A stretch of 64,000 bases of DNA from an uncultured Actinomycetes bacterium. GTDB taxonomy: Bacteria; Actinomycetota; UBA4738; HRBIN12. Location: assembly GCA_963728735.1 (NCBI GenBank), contig CAVSLX010000012.1:140044-204043 (forward strand), given 5' to 3'. The notes under the pieces were generated by a model that worked only from the letters and a program-made list of their open reading frames with translations, made no database searches and was not told the DNA's origin. Both the position numbers and the translations under genes were made by a program. Below, one piece after another: positions 9,873-19,013 of the stretch (positions are counted from its first letter, which is position 1; the number at the start of each line of letters is the position of its first letter).

Positions 9873-10715
9873 GTGGAGCTACCCGAGGTCGAGGTCATGC
9901 GACGCGACCTCGAGCGCGACGTGGTCGGCAAGAAGATCAAGAGCGCCGAGGTCAAACAGTCGAAGAACGCGATGCGGGCGATCCGGCGGCACAAGACCCG
10001 TAAGGAGTTCACCTCACGGTTGGCGGGGCACAAGATCGCGAAGGTCGAACGACGAGGGAAGTACCTTTCGATCACGCTCGACTCCGGCGACGTGGTCGTC
10101 GTGCACTTCGGCATGAGCGGGCAGTTCCAGCGGGGGACCGGGCGGGTCGCGATGCCGGCGCACACCCACGTCGTCATGACGTTCCAGCAGGGCGGCGACC
10201 TCCGCTTCATCGACCCGCGCACCTTCGGCGAGCTCTTCGTCGTCACGCCCGACGAGCTCGGCAAGGTCAAGGAGCTGCAGCATCTCGCGATCGATCCGCT
10301 CGATCAGGTGTTCACCTGGCCGACGTTCCAGTACCTGCTCGCCGAGCGCGCGGCGAAGATGAAGCAACTCCTGATGGATCAGAAGTTCATCAGCGGGCTC
10401 GGCAACATCTACTCCGACGAGGTCCTGTTCGCGGCCGGGCTCCGCTTCGATCGGCTGAGCGACACGTTGTCGTCCCAGGAGGTCCGGCGTCTCTACCGGG
10501 CGATGCAAGAGACCTTGCAGGAGGCGATCAAGCTCCGGGGGACGACGCTCGACGACGAGGCCTATGTGGATCTGTTCGGCAAGCCCGGCGAATACCAGCA
10601 CGAGCTGAAGGTCTACGGTCGGGCCGGGCTTCCGTGCAGGCGCTGTCGAACACCGATCGAGACGGTCCGCTTGTCGCAACGAACGAGCTTCTACTGCCCC
10701 CAGTGCCAGAGCTGA
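9873..10715 (+). CDS. mutM: formamidopyrimidine-DNA glycosylase family protein (Fpg/Nei), non-canonical N-terminus
   Basis: ELPEVEV..H2TH region LMDQKFISGLGNIYSDEVLF..zinc finger CRRCRTPI..YCPQC. The start is GTG-GAG with no Pro2 codon. An in-frame TAG lies 6 nt upstream. Confidence 0.8.
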   Translation: MELPEVEVMRRDLERDVVGKKIKSAEVKQSKNAMRAIRRHKTRKEFTSRLAGHKIAKVERRGKYLSITLDSGDVVVVHFGMSGQFQRGTGRVAMPAHTHVVMTFQQGGDLRFIDPRTFGELFVVTPDELGKVKELQHLAIDPLDQVFTWPTFQYLLAERAAKMKQLLMDQKFISGLGNIYSDEVLFAAGLRFDRLSDTLSSQEVRRLYRAMQETLQEAIKLRGTTLDDEAYVDLFGKPGEYQHELKVYGRAGLPCRRCRTPIETVRLSQRTSFYCPQCQS

Positions 10716-10744
10716 CCGTCGGCGTCGAGCGTCGGGGCCGATGA

Positions 10745-11332
10745 TCAGATGATCATCGCGCCGCTCGAAGCCATCCGCTCGATCGCTCGCTCCCCGTCGC
10801 CCGGCTCGAGGTCGACCGCGCGGATCGCCTCCCGCACCACCGCGACCTCGAACCCCAACCCGCGACCGTCGAGGACCGTCTCGACCACACAGTAATCGGT
10901 CGCCAGCCCGACCACGACGAGGTGGCGAACCCCCCGGCGACGCAGGAGCCCTGCGAGGAGGGTCGACGACGTCTCGCCGCTCTTGAGGTCGCGAACACTG
11001 AAACCCGAGTAGCCGTCGCCCCCGTCCGCGCCCTTGCGGACGATGTCGCCCTCGACGAGGAGATCCGGATGGAACGCTGCGCCCCAGGTATCGCGGACGC
11101 AGTGCACCGGCCAGATGCCACCGTCCTTCGCGAAGTGCGGCGTGTTCGGGGGATGCCAGTCCTGCGTGTAGACGACCGAGGAGCCTGCCGACAGCGCCGC
11201 GTCGATCTCCAGGTCGATCCGTCGCACGGTTCGTTCGCCGTCGCGCACGTAGAGACTGCCGCCTGGATCGGCGAAGTCGTTCTGCACGTCCACGACGACG
11301 AGCGCGCTCGAGGCGTCGTATCCAGCCGCCAC
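10745..11332 (-). CDS. pncA: nicotinamidase/pyrazinamidase (isochorismatase family)
   Basis: LVVVDVQNDF..YTQDWHPPNTPHF..WPVHCV..VVGLATDYCV (Asp-Lys-Cys triad and metal site). Confidence 0.8.
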   Translation of the reverse strand: MAAGYDASSALVVVDVQNDFADPGGSLYVRDGERTVRRIDLEIDAALSAGSSVVYTQDWHPPNTPHFAKDGGIWPVHCVRDTWGAAFHPDLLVEGDIVRKGADGGDGYSGFSVRDLKSGETSSTLLAGLLRRRGVRHLVVVGLATDYCVVETVLDGRGLGFEVAVVREAIRAVDLEPGDGERAIERMASSGAMII

Positions 11333-11373
11333 GATCCGGGATGCTACCGAGGAGTTCGGTCGGTCACTCGCGC

Positions 11374-12324
11374 CTAGCGGCGGTCAGCTCGGCGCGAGCC
11401 CACGCGGAGGGCGGCGGCGCCGACCACCAGGAGGGTCCACGTCGCGACGAGCATGCCCGCGGCGTCGCTCCCGGTGAAGGCCGTGGGAGGGCCGCCCGGA
11501 CTGTTCGACAGGACGCTCGTTGACGGCGTCGCGCTCGACGATTCCACCGAGGTCGACGGGCTGGGGCTCTGGCTCGGGCTGATGCTCGTCGTGGGGCTGG
11601 GGCTCTGGGACGGGCTGATGCTCGTCGTGGGGCTCGGGCTCTGGGACGGGCTGATGCTCGTCGTGGGGCTGGGGCTCTGGGACGGGCTGATGCTCGTCGT
11701 CGGGCTCGGGCTGGGCGAGGGTGACGGGCTGGGCGAGGGTGACGGGCTGGGCGAGGGTGACGGGCTGGGCGAGGGTGACGGGCTGGGCGAGGGTGACGGG
11801 CTGGGCGAGGGTGACGGGCTGGGCGAGGGTGACGGGCTGGGTATCGCGCACTTGACCCAGAACATCTTGTACTTGACGTCGGCGCCGATCGAGCCCTCGG
11901 CGTGCACCGTGAGGCGCACGTGCCACCCTTGCTGCGGGTGCGGCGTGCCGCCCGAGGCGAGCAACGCGCTGGTGAGATCCACCGTCACCGACGCGTCCAG
12001 GTCGGTGCCGCCGCCGTTCGGGTCCTCGCCGATGTCGACGGTCCCGTCCTTGAGAACGCCGGAGCCGGTCGGCGACCACAGGGTGAACGTGTACTCAGCC
12101 TGAAGGTCGCCCTCGTCGTAGTTGTAGAAGTCGATCTGGAAGATGCACCCGACGTGTGGCTCGTTGTTCGGATGGTCGTCGAAGGCGAGGCCGTCCACCT
12201 TGACGGTGCCGTTGTTGCCCGGGGGGTGGGAGCCGTCGGGGGGCGCGGCCGACGCGGTGAGCCGCGTCAGGGGAAGCAGACAACTGAGCCCAAACAAGAA
12301 CCAGACGACGGGCCGCCTCCCCAT
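11374..12324 (-). CDS. secreted Ser/Pro-repeat surface protein with sortase-type C-terminal sorting signal (TAFTG + TM + RRADRR)
   Basis: Signal peptide [28 protein letters not shown]. About 170-aa globular domain ([36 protein letters not shown]..). (SP)n and ([12 protein letters not shown])x4 linkers. C-terminal [38 protein letters not shown]. Confidence 0.6.
   Translation of the reverse strand: MGRRPVVWFLFGLSCLLPLTRLTASAAPPDGSHPPGNNGTVKVDGLAFDDHPNNEPHVGCIFQIDFYNYDEGDLQAEYTFTLWSPTGSGVLKDGTVDIGEDPNGGGTDLDASVTVDLTSALLASGGTPHPQQGWHVRLTVHAEGSIGADVKYKMFWVKCAIPSPSPSPSPSPSPSPSPSPSPSPSPSPSPSPSPSPSPSPSPSPSPSPTTSISPSQSPSPTTSISPSQSPSPTTSISPSQSPSPTTSISPSQSPSPSTSVESSSATPSTSVLSNSPGGPPTAFTGSDAAGMLVATWTLLVVGAAALRVGSRRADRR
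11555..11841. repeat. coding tandem repeats: 36-bp unit x about 4 (11576..11707) followed by 18-bp unit GGGCTGGGCGAGGGTGAC x7 perfect (11708..11833)
   Basis: Counted directly in the sequence. Encodes the [12 protein letters not shown] and SPSPSP linkers of the surface protein. Confidence 0.9.
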
Positions 12325-12403
12325 GGTCGGAGCACATACCATCAACAGGCTCCGCGCAAGCGCATCCGAAGGATTTTGTCGACCTCGATGCCAGACTCCA
12401 CGG

Positions 12404-12673
12404 GTGCGACGGGCGCATCTATGGATCGCGGGGGCGGTGCAGGGGGTGTTCTTCCGCGCCTCATGCGCGGAACGTGCGCGTGCCCTCGGCCTTGCGGGCT
12501 GGGTCCGTAACCTCCCCGACGGGCGGGTCGAGGTCATCGCCGAGGGCGACGCCGGCGCGGTCGACACCATCGTCGCGTGGTGCCGGGAAGGCCCGCGGCT
12601 CGCCCGCATCGAACGGGTCGACCTGCGCTGGGAGGAGCCGATCGGGGACGTCGGGTTCCGGGTGCGGGGCTGA
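12404..12673 (+). CDS. acyP: acylphosphatase
   Basis: [51 protein letters not shown] 12404 lies within ORF 12143..12673. Adjacent to smc, as in mycobacteria. Confidence 0.8.
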   Translation: MRRAHLWIAGAVQGVFFRASCAERARALGLAGWVRNLPDGRVEVIAEGDAGAVDTIVAWCREGPRLARIERVDLRWEEPIGDVGFRVRG

Positions 12674-12732
12674 CGGCGGGAGCGCGTTGCTTCCGCGGCC
12701 GGGAATCACAAGCCTGTTAGCATCCAGCCCGC

Positions 12733-15700
12733 ATGTTCCTGCGCCAGATCACGATCCGCGGGTTCAAGTCGTTCGCGGACAAGACGGTTCTCGAGTTCGC
12801 TCCGGGTGTCTCGGTGATCGTGGGTCCGAACGGCTCGGGCAAGTCGAACCTCGTCGACGCGATCAGCTGGGCCCTCGGCGAGCAGGGCGCTCGGGCGCTT
12901 CGCGGCGGCCACATGGCCGACGTGATCTTCGCCGGCACGCCCTCGCGCCCGGCCCTCGGCATGGCCGAGGTCAAGCTCGTGATCGACAACACCGAGGGCA
13001 AGATCCCGGTTCCGATGTCGGAGATCGAGATCTCCCGGACGATCTTCAGGTCCGGCGAGTCCGAGTATCGGATCGGTGGGCAGGTCGTGCGGCTCATGGA
13101 CGTCCAGGAGCTCCTTTCCGAGACCGGGATCGGTCGGGCGCTCCACACCGTCGTGGGGCAGGGCCAACTCGAGGAGGTCCTGCTCGCCAAGCCCGAGGAC
13201 CGGCGCAAGTACGTCGAGGAGGCCGCCGGCGTCGCGAAGCATCGCCGGCGGAAGGAACGAGCCGAACGCAAGCTCGCCGGCCTCGACCAGGATCTCCTGC
13301 GGCTGTCCGACGTGCTTGCCGAGCTCCGTCGCCAGCTGAAACCGCTCCAGCAGCAGGCCGAGATGGCGACGAAGCACGAGCAGCTCACGACGCAGGCCGA
13401 GGAGCTGTCCCGGAAGGTCGCCGCCGCGCGACTCCGCGCGCTGCTGCGCGAGCGCGAGCGCCGCAAGGACGGTTGGGATCGTGGGATCGAGGCGCGGCGC
13501 GTTGCCCGGGAGCGACTCGACGCCCTCGATAACGACGTCCTCGCCGCGGCCGACGCCCGGGCGCTCGCGGCGCGGGCGCTCACCGACGCCGAGCAGGCGT
13601 TCCGGGGGGCCCAGGCCGACCGCGAGACGGGCGAGCGCGATTACCGTGAGGCCGTCGACCGCGAGGCCGCCTCGCGGGAGGCGTTGGCCGGGCAGGCGAC
13701 CAGGGCCGCGCGGCTCGACGGCGTCGACGCCGAGCTGCACCGCGTGGAACAACATCTCGCCCGCGCGGTGGAGGAGCTCTCCGCGAGGGAGGAAGAGCTC
13801 GACCGTGCCGAAGGTGCGTTCCGAGAGGCCGACCAGCGACGCAGGGACATCGACGATCAGCGCCGCCGTGCCGGCGAGGAGTCTGCCTCGCGAAGGGCAG
13901 AGGTCGACGCCCTGCAACGGGCCCTCGCGGGCGCCGAGCGCGAGCGCGATCGCGTCGCCGCCGACCTCGACGCCTCACGAGACCGTGCCGCGGCCGTCGA
14001 GGCCGAGCGCACGACGCTCGAGCACGACATCGAGGCGCTCGACGCGCAGTCCTCACCGCTGGCCGAGCGACGCGCCGAGCTCGAGGACGAACGTCGCAAG
14101 GTCGCCGAACGCATCGGGGAGCTCGACGACGGGCGCCGCCGGATGGAGGCCAGGCGCGATCTGCTCGAGGCCCGCCGGCTCGACATCGAGGAGACCGCGG
14201 GATCGCGATTCCTCGAGAGCCACCAGGGGCGCGCGGTCGGGCTGCTCCGCGAGCTCGTCCGGGCCGAGCCCGGCCTCGAGCGCGCCCTCGAGGCGGCGCT
14301 CGGTCCGCTCGCCGACGCCGTCGTCTATGAAGACGGCGAGCGCGCCCTCGCCGACGCGGTCGGTGGCGACGGCGCGATCATCGCGATCGCCTCGGGCGGT
14401 CCGGTGCCGCTCGGCCTCGCCGGCGAGCGCACCCTGCTCTCCGCGGTCGACGCCGATCCCGCGGCGCGCGGGATCGTGAGCACCGTCCTGCGCCACGTCT
14501 ACCTCGCGGAGACGGTGGAGAAGGCGGCGGCGAAACAGGTGGAACACCCGCAGGCCTCCTTCGTGACCCCCGAAGGCGTGCTCGTCGGCCCGGCCGTGAT
14601 CCTCACAGCCCGGGAGGTCGACGCCCGCGTGCGCGAGATCAAGGCGGAGCTCCAGGTCGTCGCCCACGATCTGACGGTCACCGAGCAGCAGCTTCGGCCC
14701 CGCCGAGAACGCCTCGTCGAGATCGGCGAGGAGACCTCGTTCCTCGGACAGCAGATCGAGGCCGCCGACGCGGACATCACGGCAGCGGCCGAGCGGCTGG
14801 CACTCCTCGAGCGAGATCTGGCCGGCATCACGAAGGAGACGGAGCTGCTGGATGGCCGCCTCGCGACGATCGACGAGGGCGCCGCCGCGTCTCGCGAGCG
14901 GCTCGCCTCGCTCGGGCCGCTGGTCCAGGCCGACCTTCCGGAGCTTCCGCCGATCCCGCAGCCGCCGATCCAGGCCCGCGTCGCCGTCGAGACGCTCCGT
15001 CGCGATCGCGATGCCCACGACCACCGGCTCGTGCAGCTCCGGGCGGAACGCGACGAGCTCCTCGCGCACGATCCCGCGCAGCTCCGCGCCGATCTCGAGG
15101 CGGCCGAGACGGCACGGACCTCGGCCGAGGATGCGGTTCGCGTTGCCGACGAACACTTCGCCGGAGCGAGCGAGGGACGCGATGCGGCGGCTGTCGCCGA
15201 GCGCGAGGCGGCCGAGCGCGAAGCCGCCGTCAACAGGGCCTGGCGTGAGGCGTCGACCGAGCTCGACCGTCTCCGTGGGACCTACGAGGACGAGGATCGG
15301 CTGCGCGGCGACATCGTGCGTCGCATCGGTGAGGCCGAGCGACTGATCCGCGAAGGCTTCGGGGCCGAGCCCGAGGCGCTCGTCGCCTCGCTCGCCGACG
15401 AGGACTCCGTCGAGACGATCGAGAAGCGGTCCGAGCTCGTCCAGCGACGCCTCGCGCTGCTGGGACGCGTCAATCTGCTGGCCACCGGCGAGTTCGAGGC
15501 GCTGCAGGAGCGCCACGACTTCATGCATCGCGAGCTGGACGACGTGAAGAAGGCCCGCCGGGACCTGCTCGAGGTGATCGTGCAGGTCGATCGAGAGATC
15601 ACCGACACGTTCACCACCGCCTATCGCGACGTGGCCATGCAGTTCGAGCAACTGGTCGCCGAGCTGTTCCCGGGAGGGGAGGGCAGGCTCGCGCTCACCG

Positions 15701-16119
15701 ACCCCGCCAACCCGCTCGAGTCCGGTATCGAGATCGAGGCGAGCCCGGGCCGCAAGCGCGTGAAGCGCATCTCGTTGCTGTCCGGTGGTGAGCGATCGCT
15801 CACGGCGATGGCGTTCCTGTTCGCGATCTTCAAGGCGCGTCCCTCCCCCTTCTATCTGATGGACGAGGTCGAGCCGGCGCTCGACGACGTGAACCTCCAC
15901 CGGTTCCTCCGCCTCGTCGAGGGCTTCGCATCCGACGCGCAGGTGCTCATCGTCACGCACCAGAAGCGCACGATGGAGATCGCGGGCATGTTGTACGGCA
16001 TCTCGCTCAACAAGGACGGCACGACCAAGGTCGTCGCCCAGCGGCTCGAACAGCCGACCCACACGACCCCCCAGGACGGATCGGTCGTCGAGGTGCCGCA
16101 GAGCGAACCGGTGGGCTAG
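12733..16119 (+). CDS. smc: chromosome segregation protein SMC
   Basis: Walker A GPNGSGKSNLVDAI, long coiled coils with a hinge, signature LSGGERSLTAMAFLFAIF, Walker B FYLMDEVEPALD. 1128 aa, uninterrupted. Confidence 0.95.
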   Translation: MFLRQITIRGFKSFADKTVLEFAPGVSVIVGPNGSGKSNLVDAISWALGEQGARALRGGHMADVIFAGTPSRPALGMAEVKLVIDNTEGKIPVPMSEIEISRTIFRSGESEYRIGGQVVRLMDVQELLSETGIGRALHTVVGQGQLEEVLLAKPEDRRKYVEEAAGVAKHRRRKERAERKLAGLDQDLLRLSDVLAELRRQLKPLQQQAEMATKHEQLTTQAEELSRKVAAARLRALLRERERRKDGWDRGIEARRVARERLDALDNDVLAAADARALAARALTDAEQAFRGAQADRETGERDYREAVDREAASREALAGQATRAARLDGVDAELHRVEQHLARAVEELSAREEELDRAEGAFREADQRRRDIDDQRRRAGEESASRRAEVDALQRALAGAERERDRVAADLDASRDRAAAVEAERTTLEHDIEALDAQSSPLAERRAELEDERRKVAERIGELDDGRRRMEARRDLLEARRLDIEETAGSRFLESHQGRAVGLLRELVRAEPGLERALEAALGPLADAVVYEDGERALADAVGGDGAIIAIASGGPVPLGLAGERTLLSAVDADPAARGIVSTVLRHVYLAETVEKAAAKQVEHPQASFVTPEGVLVGPAVILTAREVDARVREIKAELQVVAHDLTVTEQQLRPRRERLVEIGEETSFLGQQIEAADADITAAAERLALLERDLAGITKETELLDGRLATIDEGAAASRERLASLGPLVQADLPELPPIPQPPIQARVAVETLRRDRDAHDHRLVQLRAERDELLAHDPAQLRADLEAAETARTSAEDAVRVADEHFAGASEGRDAAAVAEREAAEREAAVNRAWREASTELDRLRGTYEDEDRLRGDIVRRIGEAERLIREGFGAEPEALVASLADEDSVETIEKRSELVQRRLALLGRVNLLATGEFEALQERHDFMHRELDDVKKARRDLLEVIVQVDREITDTFTTAYRDVAMQFEQLVAELFPGGEGRLALTDPANPLESGIEIEASPGRKRVKRISLLSGGERSLTAMAFLFAIFKARPSPFYLMDEVEPALDDVNLHRFLRLVEGFASDAQVLIVTHQKRTMEIAGMLYGISLNKDGTTKVVAQRLEQPTHTTPQDGSVVEVPQSEPVG

Positions 16120-16130
16120 CCTCGCGCTCG

Positions 16131-17177
16131 ATGGAGCTCCTGGTCGTCCTGGCGGTCGTCGTCGTCCTCGTCGCCGGGGGCGTCGCGTTCGTGCTCACGC
16201 GTTCGACGCGGGACCGGACCGCCCGCGTGTCGCGCCCCGCGGGGCCGACCCGCGATGGCCCGCCGGTCGGGCGCGCGGGAACCCCCGCGCCGGTCGCCGA
16301 ACCACCACCTCCCCCGTCCGCCGATGGCGGGTTCCGCGCCGAGGGGCTCGGGACGAAGGTCCGGGCGGTCTTCAGCCGGGGGGGCGGTGACGTCTGGAAG
16401 GACCTCGAGGACGTGCTGCTCCGGGCCGACGTCGGACCGACCGGCACGCGTGATCTCGTCGATCGGGTGAAGGCTCGCTACCGACCCGGCGAGGATCCGG
16501 CCGCGCTGCTCCACGACGAGGTGCTCTCGGTGCTCGGCACGGACGAGGCGCTGCACCTCCCGACGGATCGGCTCGGCGTCGTGCTGGTCGTCGGGGTGAA
16601 CGGTTCGGGCAAGACGACGACGATCGGCAAGCTCGCACGCCGGCTCGCCGATCAGGGCAAGAGGGTGAGCCTCGCGGCGTCCGACACCTTCCGTGCGGCG
16701 GCGGGGGAGCAGCTCGAGGTGTGGGCGGCGCGAGCCGACGCGCATCTCGTGGCGCAGCAGCGGGGGGCCGATCCCGGCGCGGTCGCCTTCGACGCGGTCA
16801 AGGCGGCGATGGCGCGCGGGTCCGACGTCCTGATCGTCGACACGGCCGGACGCCTCCACACGAAGCAGCCGCTGATGGACGAGCTGGCGAAGGTGAAGCG
16901 GGTGATCGAGAAGGCCGGCGCACGGGTCGACGAGACGCTGCTCGTCCTCGACGCGCAGACCGGGCAGAACGGGATCGCGCAGGCCAGGGCTTTCACCGAG
17001 GCGGTGGAGGTGACGGGCGTGGTGCTCACGAAGACGGACGGGTCGGCGAAGGGTGGCGTCGTGCTGGCGGTGCGGGAGGAGCTCGGCGTCCCCGTCCGCT
17101 ACGTCGGGGTGGGCGAGGGTGCCGACGATCTCCGCCCGTTCGAGCCCGAGGCGTTCGTCGAGCGCCTGCTCGCGTGA
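16131..17177 (+). CDS. ftsY: signal recognition particle receptor FtsY
   Basis: N-terminal TM, Pro-rich A region, GVNGSGKTTTIGKLA, DTAGRLH, TKTDGSAKGG. Confidence 0.95.
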   Translation: MELLVVLAVVVVLVAGGVAFVLTRSTRDRTARVSRPAGPTRDGPPVGRAGTPAPVAEPPPPPSADGGFRAEGLGTKVRAVFSRGGGDVWKDLEDVLLRADVGPTGTRDLVDRVKARYRPGEDPAALLHDEVLSVLGTDEALHLPTDRLGVVLVVGVNGSGKTTTIGKLARRLADQGKRVSLAASDTFRAAAGEQLEVWAARADAHLVAQQRGADPGAVAFDAVKAAMARGSDVLIVDTAGRLHTKQPLMDELAKVKRVIEKAGARVDETLLVLDAQTGQNGIAQARAFTEAVEVTGVVLTKTDGSAKGGVVLAVREELGVPVRYVGVGEGADDLRPFEPEAFVERLLA

Positions 17178-17188
17178 GAGCGATCGCC

Positions 17189-17560
17189 ATGGCCACCCGG
17201 ATCCTGGTCGTCGAGGACCATCCCGACGATGCGCGAGGCGATGCGCCTGGTCCTCGAGGGAGAGGGCTTCGACGATCGCCGAGGCGGGCGACGGGGACGC
17301 GGCGCTCGAGTCGATCCGGCGAGCTCGCCCCGATCTCGTGTTCCTCGACCTGCACATCCCGGGCGTCGAGTGGACCGGACGTGTTGCCGGCGGTGCGGGG
17401 CCAGCCCGACGACGCATCGATCCGCGTGATCGTCGTGACGGCGACGGGCGAGGAGGGCGTGCGCGAGGCGCTCGCGCTCGGCGCCGACGGCTACTTCACG
17501 AAGCCGTTCAGCCCTGTCGCGCTGCTCGAGACGGTTGCGTCGGGTGCCCGGCAGAGGTCC
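17189..17560 (+). pseudogene. CheY-like single-domain response regulator, reading frame broken by at least 3 one-nt frameshifts (3' end uncertain)
   Basis: The receiver sequence is only recoverable by frame hopping: MATRILVVEDHPDD / MREAMRLVLEGEGFD / IAEAGDGDAALESIRRARPDLVFLDLHIPGV / SGPDVLPAVRG..IRVIVVTATGEEGVREALALGADGYFTKPFSPVALLETV. Confidence 0.6.
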
Positions 17561-18902
17561 TTCGGCTCCCGGCGCGGGATCGTGACCAGGAAGGTCGATG
17601 CCTTCGCCGACCATCGACGTCACGCGGACCTCGCCCTCCATCCGGCTCGGCGAGCTCCTTCGTGATGTAGAGGCCGAGGCCGACCCCTTCGGCCTCCCGT
17701 CGCTGCACGTTCTGAGCCTGGTGGAACCGCTCGAAGATGCGGTCGAGCTGATCCGGCGGGATCCCGCCCCCGTGGTCCGTCACGCTGAAGCGCGACGCCG
17801 CCGTCGGGTGATCGGATCGGCGCGCAGGACGATGCGCGGCGCGTGGCCGGCGAGAACTTGAGCGCGTTCGTCAGCAGGTTGGTCAGGACCTGGGCGAGCC
17901 GCTGGGGGTCGACCACGATCGGCCGCATGTCGGGCTCGGCGTGCCAGTCGATCCGGCTTCGCGTCGTCGCCGAGACCGCGCACGACCTCGTGCAGCAGGG
18001 TGCCGACGTCCGTCGTCTGCGGCGACAACGTCAGCACGCCGGCTTCGAGCCTGGACACGGTCAGCAGGTCCTCGACGAGCCGAGCGAGCCGTTCGCCCTG
18101 GAGCTGGACGATCGCGAGGAACTCGTCGACCTGCTCGTCCGGGAGCGAATGTCGGCGGCGGCGGAGCGTGTCGACGAAGCCACGGATCGACGACGAGCGG
18201 CGTGCGGAGCTCATGGCTCGTGATCGCGATGAAGTCGGTCTTCATCACGTCCAGTTCCTCGAGCCGCTCGCGCGCGTCGGCCTCGCGGCGCGCGAGGCGT
18301 TCCGCCTCGTCGGCGCGCTCGTTCGCGCGCCGCGTCTCGCGCCGGAGCGAGCGAGCGAAGCCGCCCGCCACGATCGCGACGACGAACGCCATCCCGGTGC
18401 GATAGCGCGAGCGCAGACCGTCGAAGATGTATGGCGGGAACCGCTCCGGCAGGTACTGCTCGCGCAGCGCCCTCGGAGCCGCGCGAACACGGCCGCGCCC
18501 AGCAGCGCACCGACGAGGCCGTAGCGGGCGGCGCCTTCGAGCGGCAGCAAGAACCCGATGACCCACACCGGGTCGGACGGATACGCGGTCGTGGTCCACA
18601 GGAGCCCCAGGATCACGGCGGCGTCGAGCAGGAACGCGCGGCGCCGATCGCGCGGAGCTGCTCGACGCGCTGAGCCCTGATCGCGCCGCTCGCGATCGCG
18701 AGGTTCCCGACGGCGAGCCCGATCGCGAGCGTGATCGCGAGCGGCGTGACGTACTCGCGGCTCGCCGACGTCGCGGAGGGCCGCCCACACCTGCGCGCAG
18801 GCGTAGACGACCAGAAGCCAGCTGAGCCCGACGAGCCCGAGCTCGCGCCGACGGACCTCTTGCAGTTCCCGTCCGGTCAGACCAACCCCCAGCGGCGGGC
18901 AT
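17491..18902 (-). pseudogene. membrane sensor histidine kinase, at least 5 frameshifts (ends uncertain)
   Basis: All parts lie in different minus frames. H-box FIAITSHELRTPL (in 17883..19082). Linker (17780..18214). N-box RLAQVLTNLLTNALKFS (17620..17928). G-boxes GGGIPPDQLDRIFERFHQ..GVGLGLYITKELA (17508..17783). TM segments (18245..18790). Confidence 0.6.
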
Positions 18903-19013
18903 GCCGGTCCGGCCGAGGATCAGGCCGATAGCGCGAGCGGCGGCCGCGCCCGGCGAGGATAGCCGGATCGTCGGCCCTCCGGCGGCCGGGAGGGCCGGTA
19001 TCCCTCTCTCTCT

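Noticed and set aside
11555-11841. Regularly spaced direct repeats, which could superficially suggest a CRISPR-like array
   Set aside because: The units are contiguous with no spacers, 18 and 36 bp long (multiples of 3), and lie inside an ORF, where they encode a Ser/Pro linker.
18940-19013. 8-bp GC hairpin (GGCCCTCC..GGAGGGCC) and a (CT)5 tract immediately upstream of the ffh ATG, with no Shine-Dalgarno sequence
   Set aside because: It lies inside the indel-ridden block, so the spacing and sequence are unreliable. No known regulatory element matches. Not enough evidence to call it.
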